Positions 1 through 15,835 of a stretch of DNA of 64,000 nt are shown here, piece by piece. Position numbers and translations under genes: made by a program. Each line of letters opens with the position of its first letter. Position 1 is the stretch's first letter. Source of the DNA: Eledone cirrhosa (taxonomy: Eukaryota); NCBI GenBank assembly GCA_964016885.1, contig OZ024752.1, positions 29,326,001 to 29,390,000 of the forward strand, read 5' to 3'. The notes under the pieces were generated by a model that was not told where the DNA came from, searched no databases, and saw nothing but the letters and a program-made list of their open reading frames with translations.

Positions 1-3000
1 TAGAGTTTATCATGACACCAGCAGTACAGTAGGTAGTGCTTATCATGACACCAGCACTACAGTAGGTAGTTTATAATGTCACCAGCACTACAGTAGGTAG
101 AGTTTATCATGTCACCAGCACTACAGTAGGTAGTGTTTATCATGTCTCCAGCACTAGAGAGGTAGAGTTTATCATGTCACCAGCACTAGAGAGGTAGAGT
201 TTATCATGTCACCAGCACTACAGTACGTAGAGTTTATCATTTCACCAGCACTAGAGAGGTAGAGTTTATCATGACACCAGCAGTACAGTAGGTAGAGTTT
301 ATCATGACACCAGCACTACAGAGGTAGAGTTTATCATGTCACCAGCACTAGAGAGGTAGAGTTTATCATGTCACCAGCACTAGAGAGGTAGAGTTTATCA
401 TGTCACCAGCACTACAGTAGGTAGTGTTTATCATGACACCAGCACTACAGTAGGTAGTTTATCATGTCACCAGCACTAGAGAGGTAGAGCTTATCATGTC
501 ACCAGCACGAGAGAGTTAGAGTTTATCATGTCACCAGCACTACAGTAGGTAGAGTTTATCATGTCACCAGCACTAGAGAGGTAGAGTTTATCATGACACC
601 AGCACTACAGTACGTAGAGTTTATCATGTCACCAGCACTAGAGAAGTAGAGTTTATCATGTCACCAGCAGTACACTAGGTAGTTTATAATGTCACCAGCA
701 CTAGAGAGGTAGAGCTTATCATGACACCAGCACTACAGTAGGTAGTGTTTATCATGTCACCAGCACTAGAGAGGTAGAGTTTATCATGTCACCAGCAGTA
801 CAGTAGGTAGTGTTTATCATGTCACCAGCACTACAGTAGGTAGTGTTTATCATGTCACCAGCACTAGAGAGGTAGAGTTTATCATGTCACCAGCAGTACA
901 GTAGGTAGTGTTTATCATGTCACCAGCAGTACAGTAGGTAGTGTTTATCATGTCACCAGCACAAGAGAGGTAGAGTTTATCATGTCACCAGCACTAGAGA
1001 GGTAGAGTTTATCATGTCACCAGCACTAGACAGGTAGAGTTTATCATGTCACCAGCACTACAGTAGGTAGTGCTTATCATGACACCAGCACTACAGTAGG
1101 TAGAGTTTATCATGTCACCAGCAGTACAGTAGGTAGAGTTTATCATGTCACCAGCACTACAGTAGGTAGTGTTTATCATGTTACCAGCACTAGAGAGGTA
1201 GAGTTTATCATGACACCAGCAGTACAGTAGGTAGAGTTTATCATGTCACCAGCACAACAGTAGGTAGTTTATCATGTCACCAGCACTAGAGAGGTAGAGT
1301 TTATCAAGACACCAGCAGTACAGTAGGTAGAATTTATCATGATACCAGCACTAGAGAGGTAGAGTTTATCATGACACCAGCACTAGAGAGGTAGAGTTTA
1401 TCATGTCACCAGCACTAGAGAGGTAGAGTTTATCATGTCACCAGCACTACAGTAGGTAGAGTTTATCATGTCACCAGCACTAGAGTGGTAGAGTTTATCA
1501 TGTCACCAGCACTACAGTACGTAGAGTTTATCATGTCACCAGCACTAGAGAGGTAGAGTTTATCATGACACCAGCACTACTGTAGGTAGTTTATCATGTC
1601 ACCAGCACTAGAGAGGTAGAGCTTATCATGTCACCAGTACGAGAACGGTAGAATTTATCATGTCACCAGCACTAGAGTGGTAGAGTTTATCATGACACCA
1701 GCACTACATTACGTAGAGTTTATCATGTCACCAGCACTAGAGAGGTAGAGCTTATCATGTCACCAGCACGAGAACGGTAGAATTTATCATGTCACCAGCA
1801 CTAGAGTGGTAGAGCTTATCATGACACCAGCACTACATTACGTAGAGTTTATCATGTCACCAGCACTAGAGAGGTAGTGTTTATCATGACACCACCACTA
1901 GAGAGGTAGAGTTTATCATGTCACCAGCACCACAGTAGGTAGAGTTTATCATGTCACCAGCACTAGAGATGTAGAGTTTATCATGTCACCAGCACTACCG
2001 TAGGTAGTGCTTATCATGACACCAGCACTACAGTAGGTAGAGTTTATAATTTCACTAGCAGTACAGTAGGTAGAGTTTATCATGACACCAGCATTAAAGT
2101 AGGTAGAGTTTATCATGTCACCAGCACTACAGTAGGTAGTGTTTATCATGTCACCAGCACTAGAGAGGTAGAGTTTATCATGACACCAGCAGTACAGTAG
2201 GTAGAGTTTATCATGATACCAGCACTAGAGAGGTAGAGTTTATCATGTCACCAGCACTAGAGAGGTAGAGTTTATCATGAAACCAGCACTACAGTAGGTA
2301 GTGTTTATCATGACACCAGCACTACAGTAGGTAGTGTTTATCATGTCACCAGCACTAGAGAGGTAGAGATTATCATGTCACCAGTACTAGAGAGGTAGAG
2401 TTTATCATGACACCAGCACTACAGTAGGTAGAGTTTATCATGTCACCAGCACTAGAGAGGTAGACTTTATCATGACACCAGCACTAAAGAGATAGAGTTT
2501 ATCATGTCACTAATACTATAGAGGTAGAGTTTATCATGTCACCAGCACTAGAGAGGTAGTGTTTATCATGTCACCAGCACTACAGTAGGTAGTGTTTATC
2601 ATGACACCAGCACTAGAGAGGTAGAGTTTATCATGTCACCAGCACTAGAGAGGTAGAGTTTATCATGTCACCAGCACTACAGTAGGTAGAGTTTATCATG
2701 TCACCAGCACTAGAGAGGTAGAGTTTATCATGTCACCAGCACTACAGTACGTAGAGTTTAACAAGTCACCAGCACTAGAGAGGTAGAGTTTATCATGTCA
2801 CCAGCACTAGAGAGGTAGAGTTTATCATGTCACCAGCACTACAGTAGGTAGTGTTTATCATGTCACCAGCACTACAGTAGGTAGTGTTTATCATGACACC
2901 ATCACTACTGTAGGTAGTTTATCATGTCACCAGCACTAGAGAGGTAGAGCTTATCATGTCACCAGCACTAGAGAGGTAGAGTTTATCATGTCACCAGCAC

Positions 3001-6000
3001 TACAGTAGGTCGTGTTTATCATGTCACCAGCACTAGAGTGGTAGAGTTTATCATGACACCAGCACTACATTACGTAGAGTTTATCATGTCACCAGCACTA
3101 GAGAGGTAGATTTTATCATGTCACCAGCACTAGAGAGGTAGAGTTTATCATGTCACCAGCACTACAGTAGGTAGAGTTTATCATGTCACCAGCACTACAG
3201 TAGGTAGAGTTTATCATGTCACCAGCACTAGAGTAGGTAGTGTTTATCATGTCACCAGCACTACAGTAGGTAGAGTTTATCATGTCACCAGCACTACAGT
3301 AGGTAGTGTTTATCATGTCACCAGCACTACAGTAGGTAGAGTTTATCATGTCACCAGCACTACAGTAGGTAGTGTTTATCATGTCACCAGCACTAGAGAG
3401 GTAGTGTTTATCATGTCACCAGCAGTACAGTAGGTAGTGTTTATCATGTCAGCAGCACTAGAGAGGTAGAGTTTATCATGTCACCAGCACTAGAGAGGTA
3501 GAGTTTATCATGTCACCAGCACTACAGTAGGTAGTTTATCATGTCACCAGCACTAGAGGTAGAGTTTATCATGTCACCAGCACTAGAGAGGTAGAGTTTA
3601 TCATGTCACCAGCACTACAGTAGGTAGAGTTTATCATGTCACCAGCACTAGAGAGGTAGTGTTTATCATGTCACCAATACTAGAGAGGTAGAGTTTATCA
3701 TGATACCAGCACTAGAGAGGTAGTGTTTATCATGTCACCAGCACTACAGTAGGTAGTGTTTATCATGTCACCAGCACTAGAAAGGTAGAGTTTATCATGA
3801 CACCAGCACTAGAGAGGTCGAGTGTATCATGTCACCAGCACTACAGTAGGTAGTTTATCATGTCACCAGCACTAGAGAGGTAGAGTTTATCATGACACCA
3901 GCACTACAGTAGGTAGAGTTTATCATGTCACCAGCACTAGAGAGGTTGAGTTTATCGTCACCAGCACTAGAGAGGTAGAGTTTATCATATCACCAATACT
4001 AGAGAGGTAAAGTTTATCATGACACCAGCACTACAGTAGGTAGTGTTTATCATGTCACCAGCACTACAGTAGGTAGTTTATCATGTCACCAGCACTACAG
4101 TACGTAGAGTTTATCATGTCACCAGCACTAGAGAGGTAGAGTTTATCATGTCACCAGCACTAGAGAGGTAGAGTTTATCATGAAACCAGCACTACAGTAC
4201 GTATAGTTTATCATGTCACCAGCACTAGAGAGGTAGAGTTTATCATGTCACCAGCACTACAGTACGTAGAGTTTATCATGTCACCAGCACTAGAGAGGTA
4301 GAGTTTATCGTGTCACCAGCACTACAGTACGTAGAGTTTATCATGTCACCAGCACTAGAGAGGTAGAGTTTATCATGTCACCAGCACTAGAGAGGTAGAG
4401 TTTATCATGAAACCAGCACTTCAGTAGGTAGTGTTTATCATGACACCAGCAGTACAGTAGGTAGTGTTTATCATGTCACCAGTACTAGAGAGGTAGAGTT
4501 TATCATGTCACCAGCACTACAGTAGGTAGAGTTTATCATGTCACCAGCACTAGAGAGGTAGAGTTTATCATGTCACCAGCACTACAGTAGGTAGAGTTTA
4601 TCATGACACCAGCACTACAGTAGGTAGTGTTTATCATGACACCATCACTACTGTAGGTAGTTTATCATGTCACCAGCACTAGAGAGGTAGAGTTTATCAT
4701 GTCACCAGCACTACAGTAGGTAGTTTATCATGTCACCAGCACTAGATGTAGAGTGTATCATGTCACCAGCACTAGAGTGGTAGAGTTTATCATGACACCA
4801 GCACTACATTACGTAGAGTTTATCATGTCACCAGCACTAGAGAGGTAGAGTTTATCATGTCACCAGCACTAGAGAGGTAGATTTTATCATGTCACTAGCA
4901 CTAGAGAGGTCGAGTGTATCATGTCACCAGCAGTACAGTAGGTAGTTTATCAAGTCACCAGTACTAGAGAGGTAGAGTTTATCATGACACCAGCAGTACA
5001 GTAGGTAGAGTTTATCATGACACCAGCACTAGAGAGGTAGAGTTTATCATGACACCAGCACTACAGTAGGTAGAGTTCATCATGTCACCAGCACTAGAGA
5101 GTTTGAGTTTATCTTCACCAGCACTAGAGAGGTAGAGTTTATCATATCACCAATACTAGAGAGGTAAAGTTTATCATGACACCAGCACTCCAGTAGGTAG
5201 TGTTTATCATGTCACCAGCACTACAGTAGGTAGTTTATCATGTCACCAGCATTACAGTACGTAGAGTTTATCATGTCACCAGCACTAGAGAGGTAGAGTT
5301 TATCATGTCACCAGCACTAGAGAGGTAGAGTTTATCATGAAACCAGCACTACAGTACGTAGAGTTTATCATGTCACCAGCACTAGAGAGGTAGAGTTTAT
5401 CATGTCACCAGCACTACAGTACGTAGAGTTTATCATGTCACCAGCACTAGAGAGGTAGAGTTTATCATGTCACCAGCACTAGAGAGGTAGAGTTTATCAT
5501 GAAACCAGCACTACAGTAGGTAGTGTTTATCATGACACCAGCAGTACAGTAGGTAGTGTTTATCATGTCACCAGTACTAGAGAGGTAGAGTTTATCATGT
5601 CACCAGCACTACAGTAGGTAGAGTTTATCATGACACCAGCACTACAGTAGGTAGTGTTTATCATGACACCATCACTACTGTAGGTAGTTTATCATGTCAC
5701 CAGCACTAGAGAGGTAGAGTTTATCATGTCACCAGCACTAGAGAGGTAGAGTTTATCATGTCACCAGCACTACAGTAGGTAGTTTATCATGTCACCAGCA
5801 CCAGATGTAGAGTGTATCATGTCACCAGCACTAGAGTGGTAGAGTTTATCATGACACCAGCACTACATTACGTAGAGTTTATCATGTCACCAGCACTAGA
5901 GAGGTAGAGTTTATCATGTCACCAGCACTAGAGAGGTATATTTTATCATGTCACCAGCACTAGAGAGGTAGAGTTTATCATGTCACCAGCACTACAGTTG

Positions 6001-9000
6001 GTAGTGTTTATCATGACACCAGCACTACAGTAGGTAGTTTATCATGTCACCAGCACTAGAGAGGTAGAGTTTATCATGTTACCAGCACTAGAGAAGTAGA
6101 GTTTATCATGTCACCAGCACTACAGTAGGTAGAGTTTATCATGTCACCAGCACTAGAGAGGTAGAGTTTATCATGTCACCAGCACTACAGTAGGTAGAGT
6201 TTATCATGTCACCAGCACTAGAGACGTAGAGTTTATCATGTCACCAGCACTACAGTAGGTAGAGTTTATCATGACACCAGCACTACAGTAGGTAGAGTTT
6301 ATCATGTCACCAGCACTAGAGAGGTAGAGTTTATCATGACACCAGCAGTACAGTAGGTAGTGCTTATCATGACAGCAGCACTACGGTAGGTAGTGTTTAT
6401 CATGTCACCAGCACTAGAGAGGTAGAGTTTATCATGACACCAGCAGTACAGTAGGTAGTGCTTATCATGACACCAGCACTACAGTAGGTAGTTTATAATG
6501 TCACCAGCACTACAGTAGGTAGAGTTTATCATGTCACCAGCACTACAGTAGGTAGTGTTTATCATGTCACCAGCACTAGAGAGGTAGAGTTTATCATGTC
6601 ACCAGCACTACAGTAGGTAGTGTTTATCATGACACCAGCACTACAGTAGGTAGTTTATCATGTCACCAGCACTAGAGGTAGAGTTTATCATGTCACCAGC
6701 ACTAGAGAGGTAGAGTTTATCAAGTCACCAGCACTACAGTAGGTAGAGTTTATCATGTCACCAGCACTAGAGAGGTAGTGTTTATCATGTCACCAATACT
6801 AGAGAGGTAGAGTTTATCATGACACCAGCACTAGAGAGGTAGTGTTTATCATGTCACCAGCACTACAGTAGGTAGAGTTTATCATGACACCAGCACTAGA
6901 GGGGTCGAGTGTATCATGTCACCAGCACTACAGTAGGTAGTTTATCATGTCACCAGCACTAGAGAGGTAGAGTTTATCATGACACCAGCACTACAGTAGG
7001 TAGAGTTTATCATGTCACCAGCACTAGAGAGGTTGACTTTATCGTCACCAGCACTTGAGAGGTAGAGTTTATCATATCACCAATACTAGAGAGGTAAAGT
7101 TTATCATGACACCAGCACTACCGTAGGTAGTGTTTATCATGTCACCAGCACTAGAGAGGTAGAATTTATCATGTCACCAGCACTACAGTACGTAGAGTTT
7201 ATCATGTCACCAGCACTAGAGAGGTAGAGTTTATCATGTCACCAGCACTAGAGAGGTAGAGTTTATCATGAAACCAGCACTACAGTAGGTAGTGTTTATC
7301 ATGACACCAGCAGTACAGTAGGTAGTGTTTATCATGTCACCAGTACTAGAGAGGTAGAGTTTATCATGACACCAGCACTACAGTAGGTAGAGTTTATCAT
7401 GTCACCAGCACTAGAGAGGTAGAGTTTATCATGTCACCAGCACTACAGTAGGTAGAGTTTATCATGTCGAAAGTACTAGAGAGGTAGAGTTTATCATATC
7501 ACCAGCACTACAGTACGTAGAGTTTATCATGTCACCAGCACTAGAGAGGTAGAGTTTATCATGACACCAGCAGTACAGTAGGTAGAGTTTATCATGACAC
7601 CAGCACTACAGAGGTAGAGTTTATCATGTCACCAGGACTAGAGAGGTAGAGTTTATCATCTCACCAGCACTAGAGAGGTAGAGTTTATCATGTCACCAGC
7701 ACTACAGTAGGTAGTGTTTATCATGTCACCAGGACTAGAGAGGTAGAGTTTATCATCTCACCAGCACTAGAGAGGTAGAGTTTATCATGTCACCAGCACT
7801 AGAGAGGTAGAGTTTATCATGTCACCACCACTAGAGAGGTAGTGTTTATCATGTCACCAGTACTACAGTAGGTAGTGTTTATCATGACACCAGCACTACA
7901 GTAGGTAGTTTATCATGTCACCAGCACTAGAGAGGTAGAGCTTATCATGTCACCAGCACGAGAGAGGTAGAGTTTATCATGTCACCAGCACTACAGTAGG
8001 TAGTTTATCATGTCACCAGCACTAGATGTAGAGTGTATCATGTCACCAGCACTAGAGAGGTAGAGTTTATCATGACACCAGCACTACAGTACGTAGAGTT
8101 TATCATGTCACCAGCACTAGAGAGGTAGAGTTTATCATGTCACCAGCACTACAGTAGGTAGTGTTTATCATGTCACCAGCACTAGAGAGGTAGAGTTTAT
8201 CATGTCACCAGCACTACAGTAGGTAGAGTTTATCATGTCACCAGCACTAGAGAGGTAGAGTTCATCATGTCACCAGCAGTACAGTAGGTAGTTTATAATG
8301 TCACCAGCACTAGAGAGGTAGAGCTTATCATGACACCAGCACTACAGTAGGTAGTGTTTATCATGATACCAGCACTACAGTAGGTAGTGTTTATCATGTC
8401 ACCAGCACAAGAGAGGTAGAGTTTATCATGTCACCAGCACTAGAGAGGTAGAGTTTATCATGACACCAGCAGTACAGTAGGTAGTACTTATCATGACACC
8501 AGCACTACAGTAGGTAGTTTATAATGTCACCAGCACTACTGTAGGTAGAGTTTATCATGTCACCAGCACTACAGTAGGTAGTTTATAATGTCACCAGCAC
8601 TACAGTAGGTAGAGTTTATCATGTCACCAGCCCTACAGTAGGTAGTTTATAATGTCACCAGCACTAGAGAGGTAGAGTTTATCATGTCACCAGCACTAGA
8701 GAGGTAGAGTTTATCATGTCACCAGCACTACAGTAGGTAGAGTTTATCATGTCACCAGCACTACAGTAGGTAGTGTTTATCATGTCACCAGCACTAGAGA
8801 GGTAGAGTTTATCATGTCACCAGCACTAGAGAGGTAGAGTTTATCATGTCACCAGCACTACAGTAGGTAGAGTTTATCATGTCACCAGCACTAGAGAGGT
8901 AGTGTTTACCATGTCACCAATACTAGAGAGGTAGAGTTTATCATGACACCAGCACTAGAGAGGTAGTGTTTATCATGTCACCAGCACTACAGTAGGTAGT

Positions 9001-11239
9001 GTTTATCATGTCACCAGCACTAGAGAGGTAGAGTTTATCATGACACCAGCACTAGAGAGGTCGAGTGTATCATGTCACCAGCACTACAGTAGGTAGTTTA
9101 TCATATCACCAGCACTAGAGAGGTAGAGTTTATCATGACACCAGCAGTACGGTAGGTAGAGTTTATCATGACACCAGCACTAGAGAGGTAGAGTTTATCA
9201 TGACACCAGCACTACAGTAGGTAGTGTTTATCATGTCACCAGCACTAGAGAGGTTGAGTTTATCGTCACCAGCACTAGAGAGGTAGAGTTTATCATATCA
9301 CCAATACTAGAGAGGTAAAGTTTATCATGACACCAGCACTACAGTAGGTAGTGTTTATCATGTCACCAGCACTAGAGAGGTAGAGTTTATCATGTCACCA
9401 GCACTACAGTACGTAGAGTTTATCATGTCACCAGCACTAGAGAGGTAGAGTTTATCATGTCACCAGCACTAGAGAGGTAGAGTTTATCATGAAACCAGCA
9501 CTACAGTAGGTAGTGTTTATCATGACACCAGCAGTACAGTAGGTAGTGTTTATCATGTCACCAGTACTAGAGAGGTATAGTTTATCATGACACCAGCACT
9601 ACAGTAGGTAGAGTTTATCATGTGACCAGCACTAGAGAGGTAGAGTTTATCATGTCACGAGCACTACAGTAGGTAGAGTTTATCATGTCAAAAGTACTAG
9701 AGAGGTAGAGTTTATCATGTCACCAGCACTACAGTACGTAGAGTTTATCATGTCACCAGCACTAGAGAGGTAGAGTTTATCATGACACCAGCAGTACAGT
9801 AGGTAGAGTTTATCATGTCACCAGCACTACAGTAGGTAGTGTTTATCATGTCACCAGGACTAGAGAGGTAGAGTTTATCATCTCACCAGCACTAGAGAGG
9901 TAGAGTTTATCATGTCACCAGCACTAGAGAGGTAGATTTTATCATGTCACCACCACTAGAGAGGTAGTGTTTATCATGTCACCAGTACTACAGTAGGTAG
10001 TGTTTATCATGACACCAGCACTACAGTAGGTTGTTTATCATGTCACCAGCACTAGAGAGGTAGAGCTTATCATGTCACCAGCACGAGAGAGGTAGAGTTT
10101 ATCATGTCACCAGCACTACAGTAGGTAGAGTTTATCATGTCACCAGCACTAGAGAGGTAGAGTTTATCATAACACCAGCACTACAGTACGTAGAGTTTAT
10201 CATGTCACCAGCACTAGAGAGGTAGAGTTTATCATGTCACCAGCACTAGAGAGGTAGAGTTTATCATGTCACCAGCACTAGAGAGGTAGAGTTTATCATG
10301 TCACCAGCACTAGAGAGGTAGAGTTTATCATGTCACCAGCACTACAGTAGGTAGAGTTTATCATGTCACCAGCACTAGAGAGGTAGAGTTTATCATGTCA
10401 CCAGCACTACAGTAGGTAGAGTTTATCATGTCACCAGCACTAGAGAGGTAGAGTTTATCATGTCACCAGCAGTACAGTAGGTAGTTTATAATGTCACCAG
10501 CACTAGAGAGGTTGAGCTTATCATGTCACCAGCACTACAGTAGGTAGAGTTTATCATGTCACCAGCACTAGAGAGGTAGAGTTTATCATGACACCAGCAC
10601 TACAGTAGGTAGAGTTTATCATGTCACCAGCACTACAGTAGGTAGAGTTTATCATGTCACCAGCACTAGAGAGGTAGAGTTTATCATGACACCAGCAGTA
10701 CAGTAGGTAGAATTTATCATGTCACCAGCACAACAGTAGGTAATTTATCATGTCACCAGCACTAGAGAGGTAGAGTTTATCATGTCACCAGCACTACAGT
10801 AGGTAGAGTTTATCATGTCACCAGCACTAGAGAGGTAGAGTTTATCATGTCACCAGCACTAGAGAGGTAGAGTTTATCATGACCCCAGCAGTACAGAAGG
10901 TAGAGTTTATCATGACACCAGCACTACAGAGGTAGATTTTATCATGTCACCAGCACTACAGTAGGTAGTTTATCATGTCACCAGCACTAGAGAGGTAGAG
11001 TTTATCATGACACCAGCAGTACAGTAGGTAGAGTTTATCATGACACCAGCACTAGAGAGGTAGAGTTTATCATATCACCAATACTAGAGAGGTAAAGTTT
11101 ATCATGACACCAGCACTACAGTAGGTAGTGTTTATCATGTCACCAGCACTAGAGAGGTAGAGTTTATCATGTCACCAGCACTACAGTACGTAGAGTTTAT
11201 CATGTCACCAGCACTAGAGAGGTAGAGTTTATCATGTCA

Positions 11240-14200
11240 CCAGCACTAGAGAGGTAGAGTTTATCATGTCACCAGCACTAAAGAGGTAGAGTTTATCATG
11301 AAACCAGCACTACAGTAGGTAGTGTTTATCATGACACCAGCAGTACAGTAGGTAGTGTTTATCATGTCACCAGTACTAGAGAGGTAGAGTTTATCATGAC
11401 ACCAGCACTACAGTAGGTAGAGTTTATCATGTCACCAGCACTAGAGAGGTAGAGTTTATCATGTCACCAGCACTAGAGAGGTAGAGTTTATCATGTCACC
11501 ACCACTAGAGAGGTAGTGTTTATCATGTCACCAGTACTACAGTAGGTAGTTTTTATCATGACACCAGCACTACAGTAGGTAGTTTATCATGTCACCAGCA
11601 CTAGAGAGGTAGAGCTTATCATGTCACCAGCACGAGAGAGGTAGAGTTTATCATGTCACCAGCACTACAGTAGGTAGTTTATCATGTCACCAGCACTAGA
11701 TGTAGAGTGTATCATGTCACCAGCACTAGAGAGGTAGAGTTTATCATGTCACCAGCACTACAGTAGGTAGAGTTTATCATGTCACCAGCACTAGAGAGGT
11801 AGAGTTCATCATGTCACCAGCAGTACAGTAGGTAGTTTATAATGTCACCAGCACTAGAGAGGTAGAGCTTATCATGACACCAGCACTACAGTAGGTAGTG
11901 TTTATCATGTTACCAGCACTACAGTAGGTAGTGTTTATCATGTCACCAGCACAAGAGAGGTAGAGTTTATCATGTCACCAGCACTAGAGAGGTAGAGTTT
12001 ATCATGACACCAGCAGTACAGTAGGTAGTGCTTATCATGACACCAGCACTACAGTAGGTAGTTTATAATGTCACCAGCACTACAGTAGGTAGAGTTTATC
12101 ATGTCACCAGCACTACAGTAGGTAGTTTATAATGTCACCAGCACTACAGTAGGTAGAGTTTATCATGTGACCAGCACTACAGTAGGTAGTTTATAATGTC
12201 ACCAGCACTAGAGAGGTAGAGTTTATCATGTCACCAGCACTAGAGAGGTAGAGTTTATCATGTCACCAGCACTACAGTAGGTAGAGTTTATCATGTCACC
12301 AGCACTACAGTAGGTAGTGTTTATCATGTCCCCAGCACTAGAGAGGTAGAGTTTATCATGTCACCAGCACTAGAGAGGTAGAGTTTATCATGTCAACAGC
12401 ACTACAGTAGGTAGTGTTTATCATGACACCAGCACTACTGTAGGTAGTTTATCATGTCACCAGCACTAGAGGTAGAGTTTATCATGTCACCAGCACTAGA
12501 GAGGTAGAGTTTATCATGTCACCAGCACTACAGTAGGTAGAGTTTATCATGTCACCAGCACTAGAGAGGTAGTGTTTATCATGTCACCAATACTAGAGAG
12601 GTAGAGTTTATCATGACACCAGCACTAGAGAGGTTAGTGTTTATCATGTCACCAGCACTACAGTAGGTAGTGTTTATCATGTCACCAGCACTAGAGAGGT
12701 AGAGTTTATCATGACACCAGCACTAGAGAGGTCGAGTGTATCATGTCACCAGCACTACAGTAGGTAGTTTATCATGTCACCAGCACTAGAGAGGTAGCGT
12801 TTATCATGACACCAGCAGTACAGTAGGTAGAGTTTATCATGACACCAGCACTAGAGAGGTAGAGTTTATCATGACACCAGCACTACAGTAGGTAGAGTTT
12901 ATCATGTCACCAGCACTAGAGAGGTTGAGTTTATCGTCACCAGCACTAGAGAGGTAGAGTTTATCATATCACCAATACTAGAGAGGTAAAGTTTATCATG
13001 ACACCAGCACTACAGTAGGTAGTGTTTATCATGTCACCAGCACTAGAGAGGTAGTTTATCATGTCACCAGCACTACAGTACGTAGAGTTTATCATGTCAC
13101 CAGCACTAGAGAGGTAGAGTTTATCATGTCACCAGCACTAGAGAGGTAGAGTTTATCATGAAACCAGCACTACAGTAGGTAGTGTTTATCATGACACCAG
13201 CAGTACAGTAGGTAGTGTTTATCATGTCACCAGTACTAGAGAGGTAGAGTTTATCATGACACCAGCACTACAGTAGGTAGAGTTTATCATGTCACCAGCA
13301 CTAGAGAGGTAGAGTTTATCATGTCACCAGCACTAGAGAGGTAGAGTTTATCATGTCACCACCACTAGAGAGGTAGTGTTTATCATGTCACCAGTACTAC
13401 AGTAGGTAGTTTTTATCATGACACCAGCACTACAGTAGGTAGTTTATCATGTCACCAGCACTAGAGAGGTAGAGCTTATCATGTCACCAGCACGAGAGAG
13501 GTAGAGTTTATCATGTCACCAGCACTACAGTAGGTAGTTTATCATGTCACCAGCACTAGATGTAGAGTGTATCATGTCACCAGCACTAGAGAGGTAGAGT
13601 TTATCATGTCACCAGCACTACAGTAGGTAGAGTTTATCATGTCACCAGCACTAGAGAGGTAGAGTTCATCATGTCACCAGCAGTACAGTAGGTAGTTTAT
13701 AATGTCACCAGCACTAGAGAGGTAGAGCTTATCATGACACCAGCACTAGAGAGGTAGAGTTTATCATGTCACCAGCACTAAAGAGGTAGAGTTTATCATG
13801 AAACCAGCACTACAGTAGGTAGTGTTTATCATGACACCAGCAGTACAGTAGGTAGTGTTTATCATGTCACCAGTACTAGAGAGGTAGAGTTTATCATGAC
13901 ACCAGCACTACAGTAGGTAGAGTTTATCATGTCACCAGCACTAGAGAGGTAGAGTTTATCATGTCACCAGCACTAGAGAGGTAGAGTTTATCATGTCACC
14001 ACCACTAGAGAGGTAGTGTTTATCATGTCACCAGTACTACAGTAGGTAGTTTTTATCATGACACCAGCACTACAGTAGGTAGTTTATCATGTCACCAGCA
14101 CTAGAGAGGTAGAGCTTATCATGTCACCAGCACGAGAGAGGTAGAGTTTATCATGTCACCAGCACTACAGTAGGTAGTTTATCATGTCACCAGCACTAGA

Positions 14201-15835
14201 TGTAGAGTGTATCATGTCACCAGCACTAGAGAGGTAGAGTTTATCATGTCACCAGCACTACAGTAGGTAGAGTTTATCATGTCACCAGCACTAGAGAGGT
14301 AGAGTTCATCATGTCACCAGCAGTACAGTAGGTAGTTTATAATGTCACCAGCACTAGAGAGGTAGAGCTTATCATGACACCAGCACTACAGTAGGTAGTG
14401 TTTATCATGTTACCAGCACTACAGTAGGTAGTGTTTATCATGTCACCAGCACAAGAGAGGTAGAGTTTATCATGTCACCAGCACTAGAGAGGTAGAGTTT
14501 ATCATGACACCAGCAGTACAGTAGGTAGTGCTTATCATGACACCAGCACTACAGTAGGTAGTTTATAATGTCACCAGCACTACAGTAGGTAGAGTTTATC
14601 ATGTCACCAGCACTACAGTAGGTAGTTTATAATGTCACCAGCACTACAGTAGGTAGAGTTTATCATGTGACCAGCACTACAGTAGGTAGTTTATAATGTC
14701 ACCAGCACTAGAGAGGTAGAGTTTATCATGTCACCAGCACTAGAGAGGTAGAGTTTATCATGTCACCAGCACTACAGTAGGTAGAGTTTATCATGTCACC
14801 AGCACTACAGTAGGTAGTGTTTATCATGTCCCCAGCACTAGAGAGGTAGAGTTTATCATGTCACCAGCACTAGAGAGGTAGAGTTTATCATGTCACCAGC
14901 ACTACAGTAGGTAGTGTTTATCATGACACCAGCACTACTGTAGGTAGTTTATCATGTCACCAGCACTAGAGGTAGAGTTTATCATGTCACCAGCACTAGA
15001 GAGGTAGAGTTTATCATGTCACCAGCACTACAGTAGGTAGAGTTTATCATGTCACCAGCACTAGAGAGGTAGTGTTTATCATGTCACCAATACTAGAGAG
15101 GTAGAGTTTATCATGACACCAGCACTAGAGAGGTTAGTGTTTATCATGTCACCAGCACTACAGTAGGTAGTGTTTATCATGTCACCAGCACTAGAGAGGT
15201 AGAGTTTATCATGACACCAGCACTAGAGAGGTCGAGTGTATCATGTCACCAGCACTACAGTAGGTAGTTTATCATGTCACCAGCACTAGAGAGGTAGCGT
15301 TTATCATGACACCAGCAGTACAGTAGGTAGAGTTTATCATGACACCAGCACTAGAGAGGTAGAGTTTATCATGACACCAGCACTACAGTAGGTAGAGTTT
15401 ATCATGTCACCAGCACTAGAGAGGTTGAGTTTATCGTCACCAGCACTAGAGAGGTAGAGTTTATCATATCACCAATACTAGAGAGGTAAAGTTTATCATG
15501 ACACCAGCACTACAGTAGGTAGTGTTTATCATGTCACCAGCACTAGAGAGGTAGTTTATCATGTCACCAGCACTACAGTACGTAGAGTTTATCATGTCAC
15601 CAGCACTAGAGAGGTAGAGTTTATCATGTCACCAGCACTAGAGAGGTAGAGTTTATCATGAAACCAGCACTACAGTAGGTAGTGTTTATCATGACACCAG
15701 CAGTACAGTAGGTAGTGTTTATCATGTCACCAGTACTAGAGAGGTAGAGTTTATCATGACACCAGCACTACAGTAGGTAGAGTTTATCATGTCACCAGCA
15801 CTAGAGAGGTAGAGTTTATCATGTCACCAGCACTA
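11240..15835 (+). repeat. Higher-order block duplication, offset 2500 bp (about 11240-13335 vs 13740-15835), plus a partial copy at offset 1860
   Basis: Rare variants recur at +2500: AAGAGGTAGA at 11281/13781, TATCATGTGA at 12161/14661, TTATCATGTCCCCAGC at 12321/14821, AGGTTAGTGT at 12631/15131. Lines 11401-11880 are repeated at 13261-13740 (+1860). Confidence 0.9.

Noticed and set aside
1949-3382. Minus-strand ORFs 1949-2149 and 3116-3382 encoding (MINSTYCSAGD)n, a Cys-containing repeat with N-x-S/T-like motifs
   Set aside because: They are simply the longest runs of 33-bp monomers, which have one stop-free frame. The next 32-bp monomer shifts the frame to SLVLVT-stop. There is no unique N- or C-terminus or gene context, and frame-breaking monomers make up about half of the array.
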